From Alphaproteobacteria bacterium (GTDB lineage Bacteria; Pseudomonadota; Alphaproteobacteria; Bin95), in the NCBI GenBank assembly GCA_041687435.1, contig JAWLBX010000004.1, positions 52,341 through 116,340 on the forward strand: a stretch of 64,000 nt of DNA. The letters are read 5' to 3'. Both the position numbers and the translations under genes were made by a program. Position 1 is the stretch's first letter. Each line of letters starts with the position of its first letter. The notes under the pieces were generated by a model, which was given only the letters and a program-made list of their open reading frames with translations, did no database searches and was not told the origin of the DNA. Below, in pieces: positions 39,454-51,200 of the stretch.

Positions 39454-40011
39454 CTAAACCTGCATGATTTCTTTGTCTTTGGCGGCGGCCGCCTCTTCGA
39501 TCAGCTTAATGTGCTCATCGGTCAGTTTCTGGATTTGATCGGCCACTTTCTTGTGTTCGTCCTGACTGATTTCGCCATCTTTTTCCTGCCGTTTCAGCAG
39601 GTCCATGCCATCGCGACGCACGTTCCGCACCGCGACCTTGGCCTGCTCGGCATAGCGGCCGGCGACCTTGGTCAATTCCTTGCGGCGGTCTTCCGACAGT
39701 TCGGGAATCGGCACCCTTACCAATTGGCCGTCGGTCGACGGGTTCAGGCCCAGGTCGGACTCGCGGATTGCGCGTTCCACCGCGTTCACCATGGATTTGT
39801 CCCACACCTGCACGGTGAGCAAGCGCGGCTCGGGCACGCCAACCGTGCCGACTTGGTTCAGCGGCATGGACTGGCCATACGCCTCGACCTTGATCGGGTC
39901 GAGCAGGCCGGCAGAGGCGCGGCCGGTGCGCAATCCTGCGAATTCGCGCTTCAATGCTTCAAGCGCGCCATCCATGCGGCGGGTAATATCTTCCAGATCG
40001 CTGCCCGACAT
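39454..40011 (-). CDS. frr: Ribosome recycling factor
   Basis: [22 protein letters not shown]. Confidence 0.98.
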   Translation of the reverse strand: MSGSDLEDITRRMDGALEALKREFAGLRTGRASAGLLDPIKVEAYGQSMPLNQVGTVGVPEPRLLTVQVWDKSMVNAVERAIRESDLGLNPSTDGQLVRVPIPELSEDRRKELTKVAGRYAEQAKVAVRNVRRDGMDLLKRQEKDGEISQDEHKKVADQIQKLTDEHIKLIEEAAAAKDKEIMQV

Positions 40012-40065
40012 CAGACTTCTCCTCGAAACAACAGGCCACAGGACCGGTCAAGCCGGCGCGGCGGT

Positions 40066-40815
40066 TCATTCCTCGACGATGGTATAGCGCCCTTCGCCAC
40101 GTAATGCTTGTACAAACGCACCGGGTGTGTGGATCGAGAATACCAGAATAGGGATGCAGTTTTCGCGCGCCAACGCGATGGCTGCCGTATCCATGACACC
40201 CAGGTCGTGCGTCAGCACCTCGCGGAAGCTCAGGCGGTCGTAGCGGATTGCCGACGGGTCGATTTTCGGGTCGGCCGAATAAACGCCGTCTACCTGCGTG
40301 CCTTTCAGCAGCGCATCACAACCCATTTCCGATGCGCGAAGCGCTGCCGCGGTATCCGTCGTGAAGAATGGGTTCCCGGTGCCAGCGCCGAAGATCACAA
40401 CCCGCCCGCGTTCCAGGTGCCGTTGGGCACGGCGGCGGATATAGGGTTCGCAAACGGTTGCCATGGGGATAGCAGACTGCACCCGCGTGGCCTGGCCACG
40501 GCTTTCAAGCGCCGCCTGCAAGGCCAGTGCGTTGATGACGGTGGCCAGCATGCCCATGTGGTCGCCGGTCGCGCGCTCCATCCCCCAACCTTTGGCTTTG
40601 ATGCCGCGGAAGATGTTGCCACCGCCGACGACGACGCAAACCTCAATCCCAAGTTCGCAAACGCCGATGATGTCGTCGGCAATACGGGCGACCGTATCGG
40701 GGTCGATCCCGTATTGCTGATCGCCCATCAGGGCCTCGCCAGAGACTTTGAGCAAAACGCGGTTATACCGCCTGCCGGTACAGGGTTTCGGTCCGTCGGT
40801 TTGCTCGCCGTCCAT
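40066..40815 (-). CDS. pyrH: UMP kinase
   Basis: [27 protein letters not shown]. Confidence 0.98.
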   Translation of the reverse strand: MDGEQTDGPKPCTGRRYNRVLLKVSGEALMGDQQYGIDPDTVARIADDIIGVCELGIEVCVVVGGGNIFRGIKAKGWGMERATGDHMGMLATVINALALQAALESRGQATRVQSAIPMATVCEPYIRRRAQRHLERGRVVIFGAGTGNPFFTTDTAAALRASEMGCDALLKGTQVDGVYSADPKIDPSAIRYDRLSFREVLTHDLGVMDTAAIALARENCIPILVFSIHTPGAFVQALRGEGRYTIVEE

Positions 40816-40858
40816 GGCTGGCAGGCCCTTTTTGTGCGTTCGATTGTTCGTCTGGCGG

Positions 40859-41782
40859 TCAGTCTTTTTTGAGGGTGGCGGCGACTTCCGCGGCGAAGTC
40901 GCTTTCCTCCCGCTCCACGCCTTCGCCCAGCGCCATGCGCACGAAGCTGGTGCAGGTTACCGGCGTGCCCAGTTCCTTTGCCAGTTCTTCGACAGCCTTG
41001 CCGACGGTCTTGTCCGGATCGATGACAAAGGCTTGCTCCAGCAGGACGCTTTCCTCGTAGAATTTGCGCATCCGGCCTTCCACCATCTTTTCGATGATGT
41101 TGTCCGGACGGCCCGAAGCCTTCGCCTGCTCGATCAGCACCTGCCGCTCACGGTCCACCACTACCGGGTCGACACTTTCGCGGTTCAGCGACAGCGGGTT
41201 GGAGGCGGCGACGTGCATGGCAATCTGCCGGCCAAGTTCGTTCAGGCGCGCGACATCGCCGGCAGATTCCATGGCGACCAGCACGCCGATCTTGCCGAGG
41301 CCGGGTGCGGCGGCATTATGCACATAGCTTGCGATGATGCCTTCGTTGACCGAAAGCTGGGCAGCGCGCCGCAGATTCATGTTCTCGCCAATGGTGGCGA
41401 TGGCGTCGGTGACGTTGTCGGCGACGGACTTGCCGTTTGCCATCGTGGCGTCGGCCAGCGCTTCGACCGTTTCACCCTTGTCGATTGCCAGCGCGGCGAC
41501 ATCGGCAACCAGCGTCTGAAACTGATCGTTGCGCGCGACGAAGTCGGTCTCGGCATTCAGTTCGACTGCAGCGCCCTTCTTCCCATCGACAGCGATGCCG
41601 ACCAGACCTTCAGCGGCGACACGGCCGGCCTTTTTGGCGGCGGCGGCAAGGCCCTTGGTGCGCAGCCAATCGACGGCCGCTTCCATATTGCCGTCGTTTT
41701 CCTGCAACGCCTTCTTGCAATCCATCATGCCAGCGCCGGTCTGTTCCCGAAGCGCTTTCACATCCGCGGCGGTGAATGCCAT
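40859..41782 (-). CDS. tsf: Elongation factor Ts
   Basis: [27 protein letters not shown]. Confidence 0.99.
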   Translation of the reverse strand: MAFTAADVKALREQTGAGMMDCKKALQENDGNMEAAVDWLRTKGLAAAAKKAGRVAAEGLVGIAVDGKKGAAVELNAETDFVARNDQFQTLVADVAALAIDKGETVEALADATMANGKSVADNVTDAIATIGENMNLRRAAQLSVNEGIIASYVHNAAAPGLGKIGVLVAMESAGDVARLNELGRQIAMHVAASNPLSLNRESVDPVVVDRERQVLIEQAKASGRPDNIIEKMVEGRMRKFYEESVLLEQAFVIDPDKTVGKAVEELAKELGTPVTCTSFVRMALGEGVEREESDFAAEVAATLKKD

Positions 41783-41911
41783 AACGTTCTCGTCCTTACG
41801 TCTAAAGAGCGCAAGCGATAGCTGCCCCGGTTTTTGCCGGGGCAGAATGCGCGTTGGTGTCGCGCCGCGACTTGCCGCGGCGCTTGTTGTCAGGTTCCGG
41901 CCGCTCCGCGG

Positions 41912-42754
41912 TCAGGAGGCGGTCTGTTCGCCCGTTTCTGCCGAGGTGGCGGCGGTGGCTGCCGCTTCATCTTCCGGTGCCAGCTCGGCTGCTGGCGCGC
42001 CAGCGTCCTCCAGATTCTCCGTCAGGCCTTCCTCGGTTTCGCCCAGGTCGATGCCGGAGGCGGCCATTTCGGCCTCAAGACCATCGAGCACGGCACCGGC
42101 GATCAGATCGCAATACAGGCTGATTGCGCGGATGGCGTCGTCATTGCCGGGGATCGGGAAGGTGATGCCTTCCGGATCGGAATTGCTGTCCAGTACGCCA
42201 ACAACGGGAATGTTAAGTACCCGCGCTTCATCAACCGCGAGGTGTTCCTTGTTGGTATCCAGAATGAAAATCAGGTCGGGAAGGCCGGCCATCTCCTTGA
42301 TGCCGCCCAGCGTCCGCTCCAGCTTTTCCTGCTCGCGGGTCAGAGTGAGCATTTCTTTCTTGGTCAGGCCGACATTGTCCTGCGCCAACTGCTCTTCCAG
42401 ATCGCGCAGACGGCGGATCGAGTTCGATACCGTGCGCCAGTTGGTGAGCATGCCGCCGAGCCAGCGATGGTTGACATAGTACATGCCGCAACGCTTGGCC
42501 TGCTCGGCAATGATGTCCTGCGCCTGTCGTTTGGTGCCGACGAACAGCACGCGGCCGCCACCGGCCACGACTTCGCGCACCGCCAGCAAGGCACGGTGCA
42601 GCATGGGCACGCTTTGCTGCAGGTCGAGAATGTGCACGCCATTGCGCACGCCAAAGATGTACGGTTTCATCTTTGGGTTCCAACGGCGCGTGTGGTGGCC
42701 GAAGTGAATGCCAGCCTCAAGCAGCTGACGCATCGTAAAAGTGGGCATCGCCAT
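41912..42754 (-). CDS. rpsB: 30S ribosomal protein S2
   Basis: [31 protein letters not shown]. Confidence 0.99.
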   Translation of the reverse strand: MAMPTFTMRQLLEAGIHFGHHTRRWNPKMKPYIFGVRNGVHILDLQQSVPMLHRALLAVREVVAGGGRVLFVGTKRQAQDIIAEQAKRCGMYYVNHRWLGGMLTNWRTVSNSIRRLRDLEEQLAQDNVGLTKKEMLTLTREQEKLERTLGGIKEMAGLPDLIFILDTNKEHLAVDEARVLNIPVVGVLDSNSDPEGITFPIPGNDDAIRAISLYCDLIAGAVLDGLEAEMAASGIDLGETEEGLTENLEDAGAPAAELAPEDEAAATAATSAETGEQTAS

Positions 42755-42769
42755 GGGCCCTGGTCTCCG

Positions 42770-42885
42770 TTTTCCGGTTAATCCTCCGCAAGCCGAGAGC
42801 CATCCCCCGCGGATATGCGGGTTCGAACACCGGAGCGACGGATCACGCCTTGAGGGCGCGCCGCCGCGAGGCTCGCGTGTGAAGT
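42770..42885 (-). promoter_or_regulatory. Structured rpsB 5' leader (likely S2 autoregulatory RNA)
   Basis: Minus strand CACACGCGAGCC...CCGGTG...GGCTTGCGGAGG..AACC, with complementary ends; analogous to known rpsB leaders. Confidence 0.55.
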
Positions 42886-42891
42886 AGGGCG

Positions 42892-42920
42892 CTCATACGG
42901 GATCTGCCCCGGCAATGCAA
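42892..42920 (-). promoter_or_regulatory. Putative sigma70 promoter of rpsB-tsf
   Basis: Minus strand TTGCAT-N17-TATGAG just upstream of the leader. Confidence 0.5.
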
Positions 42921-43045
42921 GCGGCGAAGTATCTTGCCGGGAGCATCCATCGTCCGCAGCCTTGCATTTGCCGCGCACCAGCCATGCCGATGCTGCACCG
43001 CCAAATCATTAGCATGGTAACGAGTTCCGGCTATGGTGGTCGCCC

Positions 43046-43978
43046 ATGACATCAGCCCTTCTATCCACCAAACGGGAAATTCGTCCGCTCGCGGCGGCAT
43101 TGTTCATGCTGGCCGCCTGTGCCTGTTTCGCGTTCAACAGCGTGTTCGTCCGTCTTGCGGCGGAACAGGGAACGCACCCGTTCGTCGTGGCGTTCTTCCG
43201 CAATCTGTTCTCGTTGATGATCCTTTTGCCGATGACCGTAGGCCGGTCCGGCTGGAGCATTCTGATTCCGAAACGATTGGACCTGCTGACGCTGCGCGGT
43301 TCGCTCAACGGCGCCAGCATGCTGGCTTGGTTCTATGCCGTGCCGCTGCTGCCGCTGGCAGACCTGACCGCGCTCGGCTTTACCGCGCCATTGTGGGCCA
43401 CAGTGCTGGCGGTGCTGCTGCTGGGCGAGAAGGTGCGTTGGCGGCGGTGGGCGGCGACGCTGATCGGCTTTGCCGGTGTTGTCGTCATCCTGCAACCGGG
43501 TTTTGCAGAGGTGCATTGGGCCAGCGGTCTGGTGCTGTTTTCATCCGCGATGTGGGCGGTGACGATCATCGTGGTCCGGCATCTGACCTTTATCGAGCGG
43601 CCGGAGACCATTCTTGTCTACCAGGCGTTGATGATGGCCGTGATTGCCGGGGTTCCCTCGGTCTTTGTCTGGACCACACCGTCCGGCGAGGTCTGGATCT
43701 GGCTGATAGCCCTGGGCGTGCTGGCCGCGACAGCGCACACGTTCCATGTCCGCGCCTACTCGCTGCAGGAGGTGGCGGCCCTGCAACCGCTCGATTTCTC
43801 GCGCCTGCCGATCATCGCGGTTGCGGCGTGGGCGATTTTTGGCGAGGTGCCGGCGCCGGCGGTCTGGATCGGGGCGCTCATCGTGTTTGGGGCGGGCAGC
43901 TACATTAGCCATCGCGAGGCACAACTGGCGCGCCGTGAACGGGTGAAAGCGGCAGCCGACAAGGCCAGCAGTGCATGA
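43046..43978 (+). CDS. DMT/EamA-family transporter
   Basis: About 10 TM helices; FFRN, LLGEKVRWRRW, FGEVP. Confidence 0.9.
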   Translation: MTSALLSTKREIRPLAAALFMLAACACFAFNSVFVRLAAEQGTHPFVVAFFRNLFSLMILLPMTVGRSGWSILIPKRLDLLTLRGSLNGASMLAWFYAVPLLPLADLTALGFTAPLWATVLAVLLLGEKVRWRRWAATLIGFAGVVVILQPGFAEVHWASGLVLFSSAMWAVTIIVVRHLTFIERPETILVYQALMMAVIAGVPSVFVWTTPSGEVWIWLIALGVLAATAHTFHVRAYSLQEVAALQPLDFSRLPIIAVAAWAIFGEVPAPAVWIGALIVFGAGSYISHREAQLARRERVKAAADKASSA

Positions 43979-44853
43979 CCCCGCTGCTGCGCGCCGCCCT
44001 GTTTGCAACTCTGGCAACCCTGTTTTTCAGCTGCATGGCAATCCTGATCCGCCACGTTTCGGCAGAGTTGCACGCCCTGCAAATCGTTTTTTTCCGCAAC
44101 CTGCTGGCGCTCGCTTGGATGACACCCTGGCTGTTGAAGGTCGGCGCGGCGGGCATGAAAACCGATCGCATCGGCATGTTCGGCATTCGCGCCTGCATTA
44201 GCGTCGTCGGCATGACCAGCGGTTTCTGGGCGATCACGCTCATCCCCATTTCGGATGCGACCGCGCTCAGCTTCCTCTCCCCGATTTTCGCAACCGTCGG
44301 TGCGGCGCTGTTTTTGGGGGAGGATGTGCGGATGCGGCGTTGGGCGGCGGTGTTCATCGGTTTTGCCGGGGCAATGATCGTGCTGCGGCCGGGCGAGTCG
44401 ATGATCCATTTCGGTGCGATTCTGGCGCTGGTGAATGCGGTCGGGATGGCTGCCAACAAGCTCGTGCTGAAATCCCTGACGCGGACGGAGCGGCCGGAGG
44501 CGATCATCACCTACATGGTGCTGTTGCTGACACCGCTGACCTTCGTGCCGGCCTTGTTCGTCTGGCAAACCCCCAGTTGGGAAGCGCTGGGGTGGATGGC
44601 CTTGTTGGCGGCGTGCGGCACCGGCGGCCACTATTGCATGACGCGGGCGTTTGGGCTGGCTGACTTGACAGTCGTTATGCCGTTCGACTTCACCCGCCTG
44701 CCGATCTCCGCCCTGCTGGCCTACCTGATCTTTGCCGAGGTACCAACGATCTGGACGTGGATCGGCGGCGCGGTGATCTTCGCCTCCACCTTCTACATCG
44801 CCCGGCGGGAGGCGCAAGTGGCCAGGGAAAGAGCGGCGGCCATGCTGGTCTGA
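43975..44853 (+). CDS. DMT/EamA-family transporter (tandem paralog)
   Basis: FFRN, FLGEDVRMRRW, PFDFTRL, FAEVP; ATGA overlap with the upstream gene. Confidence 0.9.
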   Translation: MTPLLRAALFATLATLFFSCMAILIRHVSAELHALQIVFFRNLLALAWMTPWLLKVGAAGMKTDRIGMFGIRACISVVGMTSGFWAITLIPISDATALSFLSPIFATVGAALFLGEDVRMRRWAAVFIGFAGAMIVLRPGESMIHFGAILALVNAVGMAANKLVLKSLTRTERPEAIITYMVLLLTPLTFVPALFVWQTPSWEALGWMALLAACGTGGHYCMTRAFGLADLTVVMPFDFTRLPISALLAYLIFAEVPTIWTWIGGAVIFASTFYIARREAQVARERAAAMLV

Positions 44854-44941
44854 TGCAGCGCCTTGCCCCTTGAGGTGCGCGCCGATTCGTGGGAAACCGC
44901 GCGTCTGTCTATTTCTATAACCAGCAATGTGAAACGAGCCC

Positions 44942-46057
44942 ATGCCCGCCAATAAGAAAGTCTATGTCCTGCCCGGCGACGGGATCGGTCCTGAGGTCGT
45001 CGGCGAGGTTCGCCGCATCATCGACTGGATGGACAAGCGCCGTCATGTGTCCTTCGACCTGTCCGAAGGGCTTGTGGGCGGTGCCGCCATCGACGCCCAC
45101 GGTACGCCGCTGAATGACGAGACCCTGGCCGACGCCATGGCGGCCGATGCGGTGCTGTTCGGCTCGGTCGGCGGGCCGAAGTGGGAGACGATCCCCTTTG
45201 AAAAGCAGCCGGAGCGCGGCCTGCTGCGCCTGCGCAAGGAAATGGACCTGTTCGCCAACCTGCGTCCGGCGATGGTGTTCGACGCGCTGGCCGACGCTTC
45301 CTCGCTAAAGAAGGACTTGGTTGCGGGCCTCAACATCATGATCGTGCGGGAGCTGACCGGCGGCGTCTATTTCGGTGAGCCGCGCGGCATCGAGACCCTG
45401 CCGGATGGCCGGCGCCGCGGCATCAACACCCAGGTTTACACCTCCGACGAGGTGGAGCGGATCGCCCGCGTCGGTTTCGAACTGGCACAGAAGCGCGACA
45501 ACCGCCTGACATCGGTCGAGAAAGCCAACGTCATGGAATCCGGCCTGATGTGGCGGGAAGAGGTGCAGAAAATCCACGACGCCGAATATCCAGACGTTCA
45601 ATTGAGCCACATGTACGCCGATAACTGCGCCATGCAGTTGGTGCGCGCGCCGAAGCAGTTCGACGTGATCGTGACCGACAACCTGTTCGGCGACATTCTC
45701 AGCGATTGCGCCGCCATGCTGACTGGCTCACTCGGCATGCTGCCCAGCGCCAGCCTTGGAGCGGAAGACCCGACCACCGGGCGCCGTATGGCGCTGTATG
45801 AGCCAGTGCATGGCTCCGCGCCGGATATTGCCGGCCAGGGCAAGGCCAACCCGCTGGCCGAAATTCTCTCCTTCGCCATGCTGCTGCGCTACTCGTTCGA
45901 TATGGGTGAGGATGCGGACATGGTGGAAAAAGCGGTCGATAACGTGCTGAACGCGGGCTACCGCACCGGCGATATCATGACGCCCGGCGGCAACCTGGTC
46001 TCGACCGAGGGCATGGGCAGCGCGCTGCTGGCCGAACTGGACAAGCTGGCGGCCTGA
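44942..46057 (+). CDS. leuB: 3-isopropylmalate dehydrogenase
   Basis: [41 protein letters not shown]. Confidence 0.98.
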   Translation: MPANKKVYVLPGDGIGPEVVGEVRRIIDWMDKRRHVSFDLSEGLVGGAAIDAHGTPLNDETLADAMAADAVLFGSVGGPKWETIPFEKQPERGLLRLRKEMDLFANLRPAMVFDALADASSLKKDLVAGLNIMIVRELTGGVYFGEPRGIETLPDGRRRGINTQVYTSDEVERIARVGFELAQKRDNRLTSVEKANVMESGLMWREEVQKIHDAEYPDVQLSHMYADNCAMQLVRAPKQFDVIVTDNLFGDILSDCAAMLTGSLGMLPSASLGAEDPTTGRRMALYEPVHGSAPDIAGQGKANPLAEILSFAMLLRYSFDMGEDADMVEKAVDNVLNAGYRTGDIMTPGGNLVSTEGMGSALLAELDKLAA

Positions 46058-46107
46058 TTCCCTTACGCCGCGCCGGCTTCACCGCCGGCATGCCTTGGTT
46101 TTGTGCG

Positions 46108-46174
46108 GCCGGAGCATCTTTTGCAGACAATCGGGTTACGGAATGATCCGATTGAAAGCGAAGGGGGCTCCGGC
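46108..46174. repeat. Long imperfect palindrome in the leuB-asparaginase intergenic region
   Basis: GCCGGAGC/GCTCCGGC, CTTTTGC/GCGAAGG and AATCGGG/TCCGATT nested stems. Confidence 0.5.
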
Positions 46175-46253
46175 TTGCATTTCCGCTTTTTGCGTTGCGG
46201 TAACTTCGGTTACGGTCGCGGCCGCAGCACAATCAGCCGGAGACACACAGACC

Positions 46254-47246
46254 ATGCCGAAAGTCGCGATTATCGGAACCGGGGGCACCATTTCCTCCAT
46301 TGGCCACGGGCCGCTGGACCTGCTCGATTACGCGCACACTGGCCAGAAAATGACGGTGGAACAACTGGTCGAGAAATTTCCCGTGGTGCGCGAAGCGGCC
46401 GATCTGACGCTGATCCCCTACAAGGCCGTGGGTTCGCCGGAAATTGGGCCGCCGAACTGGCTGGATCTCACCCGGATGGTGCATGAGGCGGTGGCCGCTG
46501 ATCCGGCGCTGGACGGCATCGTCATTACCCATGGCACCTCGACCACGGAGGAAACCGCCTATTTCCTCAACTTGGCGCTGAAGGTGCCGCAGACCGTGGT
46601 CGTCGTCGGCGCGCAGCGCCCCTCCAGCGCGGAGAGTACGGACGCGAGCCTGAACCTCTATAACGCGGTGCGCGTTGCAGCGGCGCCGGAGTCGCGCGGC
46701 ATGGGCGCGCTCGTCATGCTGAACGACGAGATCCAGGCGGCGCGGGAGGTTACCAAGACCTCGACGCTGCGCCTGCAAACATTCCGCACCGCAGATTTCG
46801 GCATTCTGGGCCATGCCGACGGCGATGCCATCGTCTACTACCGCCAGCCGTTGCGCCGCCGGGCGCCGGATACGGAATTCGATGTGGGCGGCATTGCGGA
46901 CCTGCCGCGGGTAGATATCTCCTATTCCTATGGCGGGGTGGATGGCACGGCCGTCCGCGCCTTTGTTGAAGCGGGCGCCAAGGGCATCGTTGCCGCCAGC
47001 TTTGCCCCCGGCATGAGCCACCCGGCGGAGGTCGCGGCGCTGGAGGAAGCGGTGAAACAGGGCGTGCACGTCGTCGTTTCCACCCGTTCCGGCAGCGGCC
47101 GTGTCACCCAGCGCAAGGCCATGGACGACCGTGGCTTCATCGCCGCCGACAATCTGATCCCGCAAAAGGCGCGCATCCTGCTAATGCTGGCGCTGACCCG
47201 CACCGGCGACCCAGGCGAGATCATCCGGATGTTTGCGGAGTATTGA
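46254..47246 (+). CDS. Asparaginase/glutaminase family protein
   Basis: [29 protein letters not shown]. Confidence 0.92.
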   Translation: MPKVAIIGTGGTISSIGHGPLDLLDYAHTGQKMTVEQLVEKFPVVREAADLTLIPYKAVGSPEIGPPNWLDLTRMVHEAVAADPALDGIVITHGTSTTEETAYFLNLALKVPQTVVVVGAQRPSSAESTDASLNLYNAVRVAAAPESRGMGALVMLNDEIQAAREVTKTSTLRLQTFRTADFGILGHADGDAIVYYRQPLRRRAPDTEFDVGGIADLPRVDISYSYGGVDGTAVRAFVEAGAKGIVAASFAPGMSHPAEVAALEEAVKQGVHVVVSTRSGSGRVTQRKAMDDRGFIAADNLIPQKARILLMLALTRTGDPGEIIRMFAEY

Positions 47247-47251
47247 GTTCG

Positions 47252-47977
47252 ATGGCCGCCGTCTCGACACCCCCCGCACCGGAAGGCGCGCTGGTCCTGT
47301 TCTCCGGCGGCCAGGATTCCGCCACCTGCCTCGCCTGGGCACTGGACCGGTTCGCGCGGGTGGAGACGTTGGGATTCGATTATGGCCAGCGTCATCGCGT
47401 CGAACTGGATTGCCGGGCAGGCCTCTGCGATGGCTTGCGCGCGCTCAAGCCCGAATGGGCGGCACGGCTGGGCGAGGATCACCTGATCGACCTTGCCGTG
47501 TTGGGACAGATTTCGGAGACCTCGCTCACCCGCGACAGTGAGATCGCGGTGGAGGCATCGGGTCTGCCGAACACGTTCGTACCCGGCCGCAACCTGCTGT
47601 TCCTGACCTTTGCCGCCGCCATTGCCTACCGCCGCGGCCTCCGCCGGATCGTCGCCGGGGTGTGCGAGACCGACTATTCCGGCTATCCGGATTGCCGGGA
47701 CGACACCATCAAGGCGTTGCAGGTGGCGCTCAACCTCGGCATGGACCATCGGTTCGTGCTGGAAACCCCGCTGATGTGGATCGACAAGCCGGCGACATGG
47801 CGCATGGCCGAAGCCATCGGCGGTAATCCGCTGATCGACCTGATCCTGGAGGACAGCCACAGTTGCTACCTTGGCGACCGTTCATATCGCCACGCCTGGG
47901 GCTATGGCTGCGGCGAGTGTCCCGCCTGCGACCTGCGCCGCAAGGGATGGGAAGGCTATCGCGCCGGAAAAGCCTGA
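47252..47977 (+). CDS. queC: 7-cyano-7-deazaguanine synthase
   Basis: FSGGQDS, FDYGQRH, TFVPGRN, GYPDCR, CY...GCGECPAC. Confidence 0.97.
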   Translation: MAAVSTPPAPEGALVLFSGGQDSATCLAWALDRFARVETLGFDYGQRHRVELDCRAGLCDGLRALKPEWAARLGEDHLIDLAVLGQISETSLTRDSEIAVEASGLPNTFVPGRNLLFLTFAAAIAYRRGLRRIVAGVCETDYSGYPDCRDDTIKALQVALNLGMDHRFVLETPLMWIDKPATWRMAEAIGGNPLIDLILEDSHSCYLGDRSYRHAWGYGCGECPACDLRRKGWEGYRAGKA

Positions 47978-48066
47978 TCGGCAGGCTGCTTTCAACGCTA
48001 TAGGCCAACGGCGAAGCCGGGTGCTATGAATGACGCAGGCCTTTGCTTTCATGCCCCGGCAGGTTC

Positions 48067-48951
48067 ATGGACTACTTCCTCGCCCTGGCCGTCAGTGGCT
48101 TGCTGTCCGGCGCGGTCTATGCGCTGGTCGGCGTGGCGTTTGTTGTGGTCTACCGCGCGTCCGGTGTGCTGAACTTCTCACTTGGGGAGTGGGTGAGTAT
48201 CGGCGCACGCACCACCGCCGCAGGCATTCACGGCGCCGGCCTGCCGCTGGTCGCCGCGCTGGCCATCGCCTTGGCGGTTCTTGCGGCGCTGGCGGTGGCG
48301 TTCAACCGCATCGTGATCCGTCCGTTGGTCGGCCGGTCGGTGGTGGCCGTGGTGATGGCTACGCTGGCGTTGGGCGTGTTCATGCGCGGCGGCGCGGCAC
48401 TCAGCATTGGCGACCTGCCGGCAACCATTCCCTTTCCCTTGACGGCGGATCTGTGGTGGTGGGGCGACGTGCCAATCCCCCCGGCCCGTGTGCTCGCAAG
48501 TGGCGTTGCGATTCTGCTGGCGCTGGCAGTCATGGGGTTTTTCCGCTTCAGCCGCGCCGGTGTCGCTATCCGCGCCATTGCCGACGATCCGCAGGCTGCG
48601 GCCGCCGCCGGCGTGAGCGTCACCCGCTATCTGACGCTGGCCTGGCTGATTTCCGCCGGCCTTTGCGCTGCGGGCGGAGTGCTCTGGAGCATTGACGGCC
48701 TCGGCGGCTTCGGCATGGGGCTGGTGCTGGCCAAGGTGCTGCCGGTCGTCGTGATCGGTGGGCTGACCAGCTTTGCCGGTGCCTTTGTCGGCGCCATCGC
48801 CGTTGGCCTGGCGGAGACCATGGCCGCCGGCTATGTCGATCCCTGGCTGGGAACCAGCACCGCGAGCGTGGTGGCGGTGGCGCTGGTGTTGCTGACCCTT
48901 TGGCTCCGCCCGGCCGGCCTGTTCGGCGCGCCCGCGGTCGAGCGTGTCTGA
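48067..48951 (+). CDS. Branched-chain amino acid ABC permease (LivH-like), orphan
   Basis: GLLSGAVYALVGVAF...VLNF, GVAIRAIA, IGGLTS, RPAGLFG. Confidence 0.88.
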   Translation: MDYFLALAVSGLLSGAVYALVGVAFVVVYRASGVLNFSLGEWVSIGARTTAAGIHGAGLPLVAALAIALAVLAALAVAFNRIVIRPLVGRSVVAVVMATLALGVFMRGGAALSIGDLPATIPFPLTADLWWWGDVPIPPARVLASGVAILLALAVMGFFRFSRAGVAIRAIADDPQAAAAAGVSVTRYLTLAWLISAGLCAAGGVLWSIDGLGGFGMGLVLAKVLPVVVIGGLTSFAGAFVGAIAVGLAETMAAGYVDPWLGTSTASVVAVALVLLTLWLRPAGLFGAPAVERV

Positions 48952-48955
48952 CCCC

Positions 48956-50143
48956 TCAGAACGCCCCCGCTGCGCGCAGCCGCCCGATCTCGTCGTCCGA
49001 TAGGCCCAGCTCCGCCAGCAGGCTCGCCTGATCGGCAGCGAGGGGAGGGGCAGGGTTTGCCAGTGGCGGCAGGCCCGGCATGCGGATGGCGGAGCCGGTG
49101 GCGCCAACCGGCGTGCCATCCGGCGCGGTGTAACGGATCAATTGTCCCGTGCTTTGCGCAAACGGGTTGTCGAGCGCCTGGCCGATATCGTTCACGGGAG
49201 AAGCCGGCACCTTGCCGCCGAACACCTGCATCCATTCCGCCGTCGTCCGGGCACTCAGCGCCTCGTCCAGCAGGTCTGTGAGCCGGTCGCGGTGCTTCAG
49301 GCGCGTTGCGAAGTCGGGGTAGATTTCGGCCCAGGACGGCTCACCAATGGCGTTGCAGAGCGCCGGCCAGAACTTCTCCTTGTTGCACATGATGAAAATC
49401 CAGCCGTCGCGGGTCTTGTAGAGTTGGCTGGGCGTCAGGTTCGGGTGGGCGGAGCGTGGTTCGCGTGTCACCTTTTCGCCCATGCTCATGTACCAGGCGG
49501 CGACATAGCAGACATTGGCCATGGCCGCGTCGAACAGGGAGACGTCATAGTCACCGCCCTTCCCGCTGGCCCTGGCGCCGAGGATGCCGGAGGAGAGCGC
49601 AATGGCCGCCTGCAATCCCGTCGAAAGGTCCACCAGCGACAGGCCCATGCGCGACGGCGGCCCGCCCGGCTCGCCCGTCACCGAGAGATAGCCGCATTCC
49701 GCCTGCATCAGGTAATCATAGCCGGGCCATGCCGCCCGTTCCCCCTCGCGACCATAAGCGGAGAGGTGAACGCAGACCAGTTGCTCGTTCACGTCACGCA
49801 GTTGGTCGTAGGTCAGGCCCAGCTTGCCCGGCAGGTCGCCGCGCAGGTTGTTGAACACCGCATCGGCGCCCGCCACCAGCTTGCGAAACACGGCCTGCCC
49901 ATCGTCGCTTTTCAGGTTCAGGGTGATGGAGCGTTTGTTGCGGTTGAACGCCTGGAAGAACAGCGAATCGCCCTTTGCCAATGGGTCGTTCGGGTGGCGC
50001 ACATGCCGGCCCACATCGCCGCCTTCGCCGGCATTCTCGATCTTGATGATCTCCGCGCCCAGGTCGGCCAGTTGCAGCGTGCCGAACGGGCCGGCGCCGT
50101 ATTGCTCGACCGCCAGGATGCGGACGCCCGTTAGCGGCAGCAT
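48956..50143 (-). CDS. CaiB/BaiF family III CoA transferase
   Basis: PLTGVRIL, AGPFGTLQLADLGAEIIKIE, NRNKRSITLNLK, GYDYLMQA. Confidence 0.92.
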   Translation of the reverse strand: MLPLTGVRILAVEQYGAGPFGTLQLADLGAEIIKIENAGEGGDVGRHVRHPNDPLAKGDSLFFQAFNRNKRSITLNLKSDDGQAVFRKLVAGADAVFNNLRGDLPGKLGLTYDQLRDVNEQLVCVHLSAYGREGERAAWPGYDYLMQAECGYLSVTGEPGGPPSRMGLSLVDLSTGLQAAIALSSGILGARASGKGGDYDVSLFDAAMANVCYVAAWYMSMGEKVTREPRSAHPNLTPSQLYKTRDGWIFIMCNKEKFWPALCNAIGEPSWAEIYPDFATRLKHRDRLTDLLDEALSARTTAEWMQVFGGKVPASPVNDIGQALDNPFAQSTGQLIRYTAPDGTPVGATGSAIRMPGLPPLANPAPPLAADQASLLAELGLSDDEIGRLRAAGAF

Positions 50144-50260
50144 GACAAGCCCTCCGGGCGGTGAGGCGGGAGCGGTTTTCGCCTTTGCATGGGCGTGCAA
50201 TCCTCGTGATAACTGGCAGCGCAAATTTCCGGGCCGCAACATGACACAAAGGGCACGCTC

Positions 50261-51169
50261 ATGACCATTACCATCACCGGCGCAGGCGGTTTTCTGGGCC
50301 AGCGCGTGACCAGAGTGCTGGCGGAGCGTGGCGAGAAGTTGGTGCTGGCCGATCTGGTGCCATCGCCGAATCCGCCGGCGGATGCGACCGTGCTCACCGG
50401 CAATCTGGCGGAGACCCTGCCGGAGGCCATCACCAAGGACACCAGTGCCGTCATCCATCTGGCCGCCGTGGTCTCTGCCGGTGCGGAGGCGGATTTCGCA
50501 CACGGCTACCGGGTGAACCTGGCCGGCCTGCAGGCCGCGCTGGAGCGCTGCCGCAATCTCGCAACCCGGCCGAAATTCCTGTTCACCAGCTCGCTGGCCG
50601 TGTTCGGCGCGGTGGATCGGGTGGACGATACCACCGCCACCATGCCGCAAAGCTCCTATGGTACGCAGAAAGCCATCGGCGAGTTGCTGGTGAATGACTA
50701 TAGCCGCAAGGGCCATATCGACGGGCGCACGCTGCGCCTGCCGACCGTCGTGATCCGCCCCGGCAAGCCGAATGCTGCGGCGTCCAGCTTTGCCAGCGGC
50801 ATCCTGCGGGAGCCGCTGGCGGGCGAGAAAAGCATCTGCCCGGTTTCGCCGGATCTGGCGCTCTGGATCGCTTCGCCCGCCAGCGTGACCAAGGCCTTGG
50901 TGCACGCACTCGACCTGCCGGATGATGCGCTCGCGCCCTGGCGGGTGCTGAATGTGCCCGGCATTACGGTGACGGTGCTGGAGATGATCCAGGCGCTGGG
51001 GCGGGCCGGCGCCGATACCGGGATGGTGGCATTCGAGCGCGACCCCGCTATCGAGGCCATAGTCGGCTCCTGGCCGGCCGTGTTCGATACGCCGCGGGCG
51101 CTTGCCCTGGGCTTCCCTGAGGCGGACGACCTGGATACGGTAATCCAGAGCCATATCGACGGCCTCTAA
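50261..51169 (+). CDS. NAD-dependent epimerase/dehydrogenase, D-erythronate dehydrogenase (DenD)-like
   Basis: [41 protein letters not shown]. Confidence 0.85.
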   Translation: MTITITGAGGFLGQRVTRVLAERGEKLVLADLVPSPNPPADATVLTGNLAETLPEAITKDTSAVIHLAAVVSAGAEADFAHGYRVNLAGLQAALERCRNLATRPKFLFTSSLAVFGAVDRVDDTTATMPQSSYGTQKAIGELLVNDYSRKGHIDGRTLRLPTVVIRPGKPNAAASSFASGILREPLAGEKSICPVSPDLALWIASPASVTKALVHALDLPDDALAPWRVLNVPGITVTVLEMIQALGRAGADTGMVAFERDPAIEAIVGSWPAVFDTPRALALGFPEADDLDTVIQSHIDGL

Positions 51170-51200
51170 CCCTCCCGCATGCAACAAGGAAACGCGCCCG

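Noticed and set aside
48956-51187. Apparent 743-aa CoA-transferase fusion
   Set aside because: The N-terminal 348 aa are mostly the antisense of the DenD-like gene; the real start is ATG 50143.
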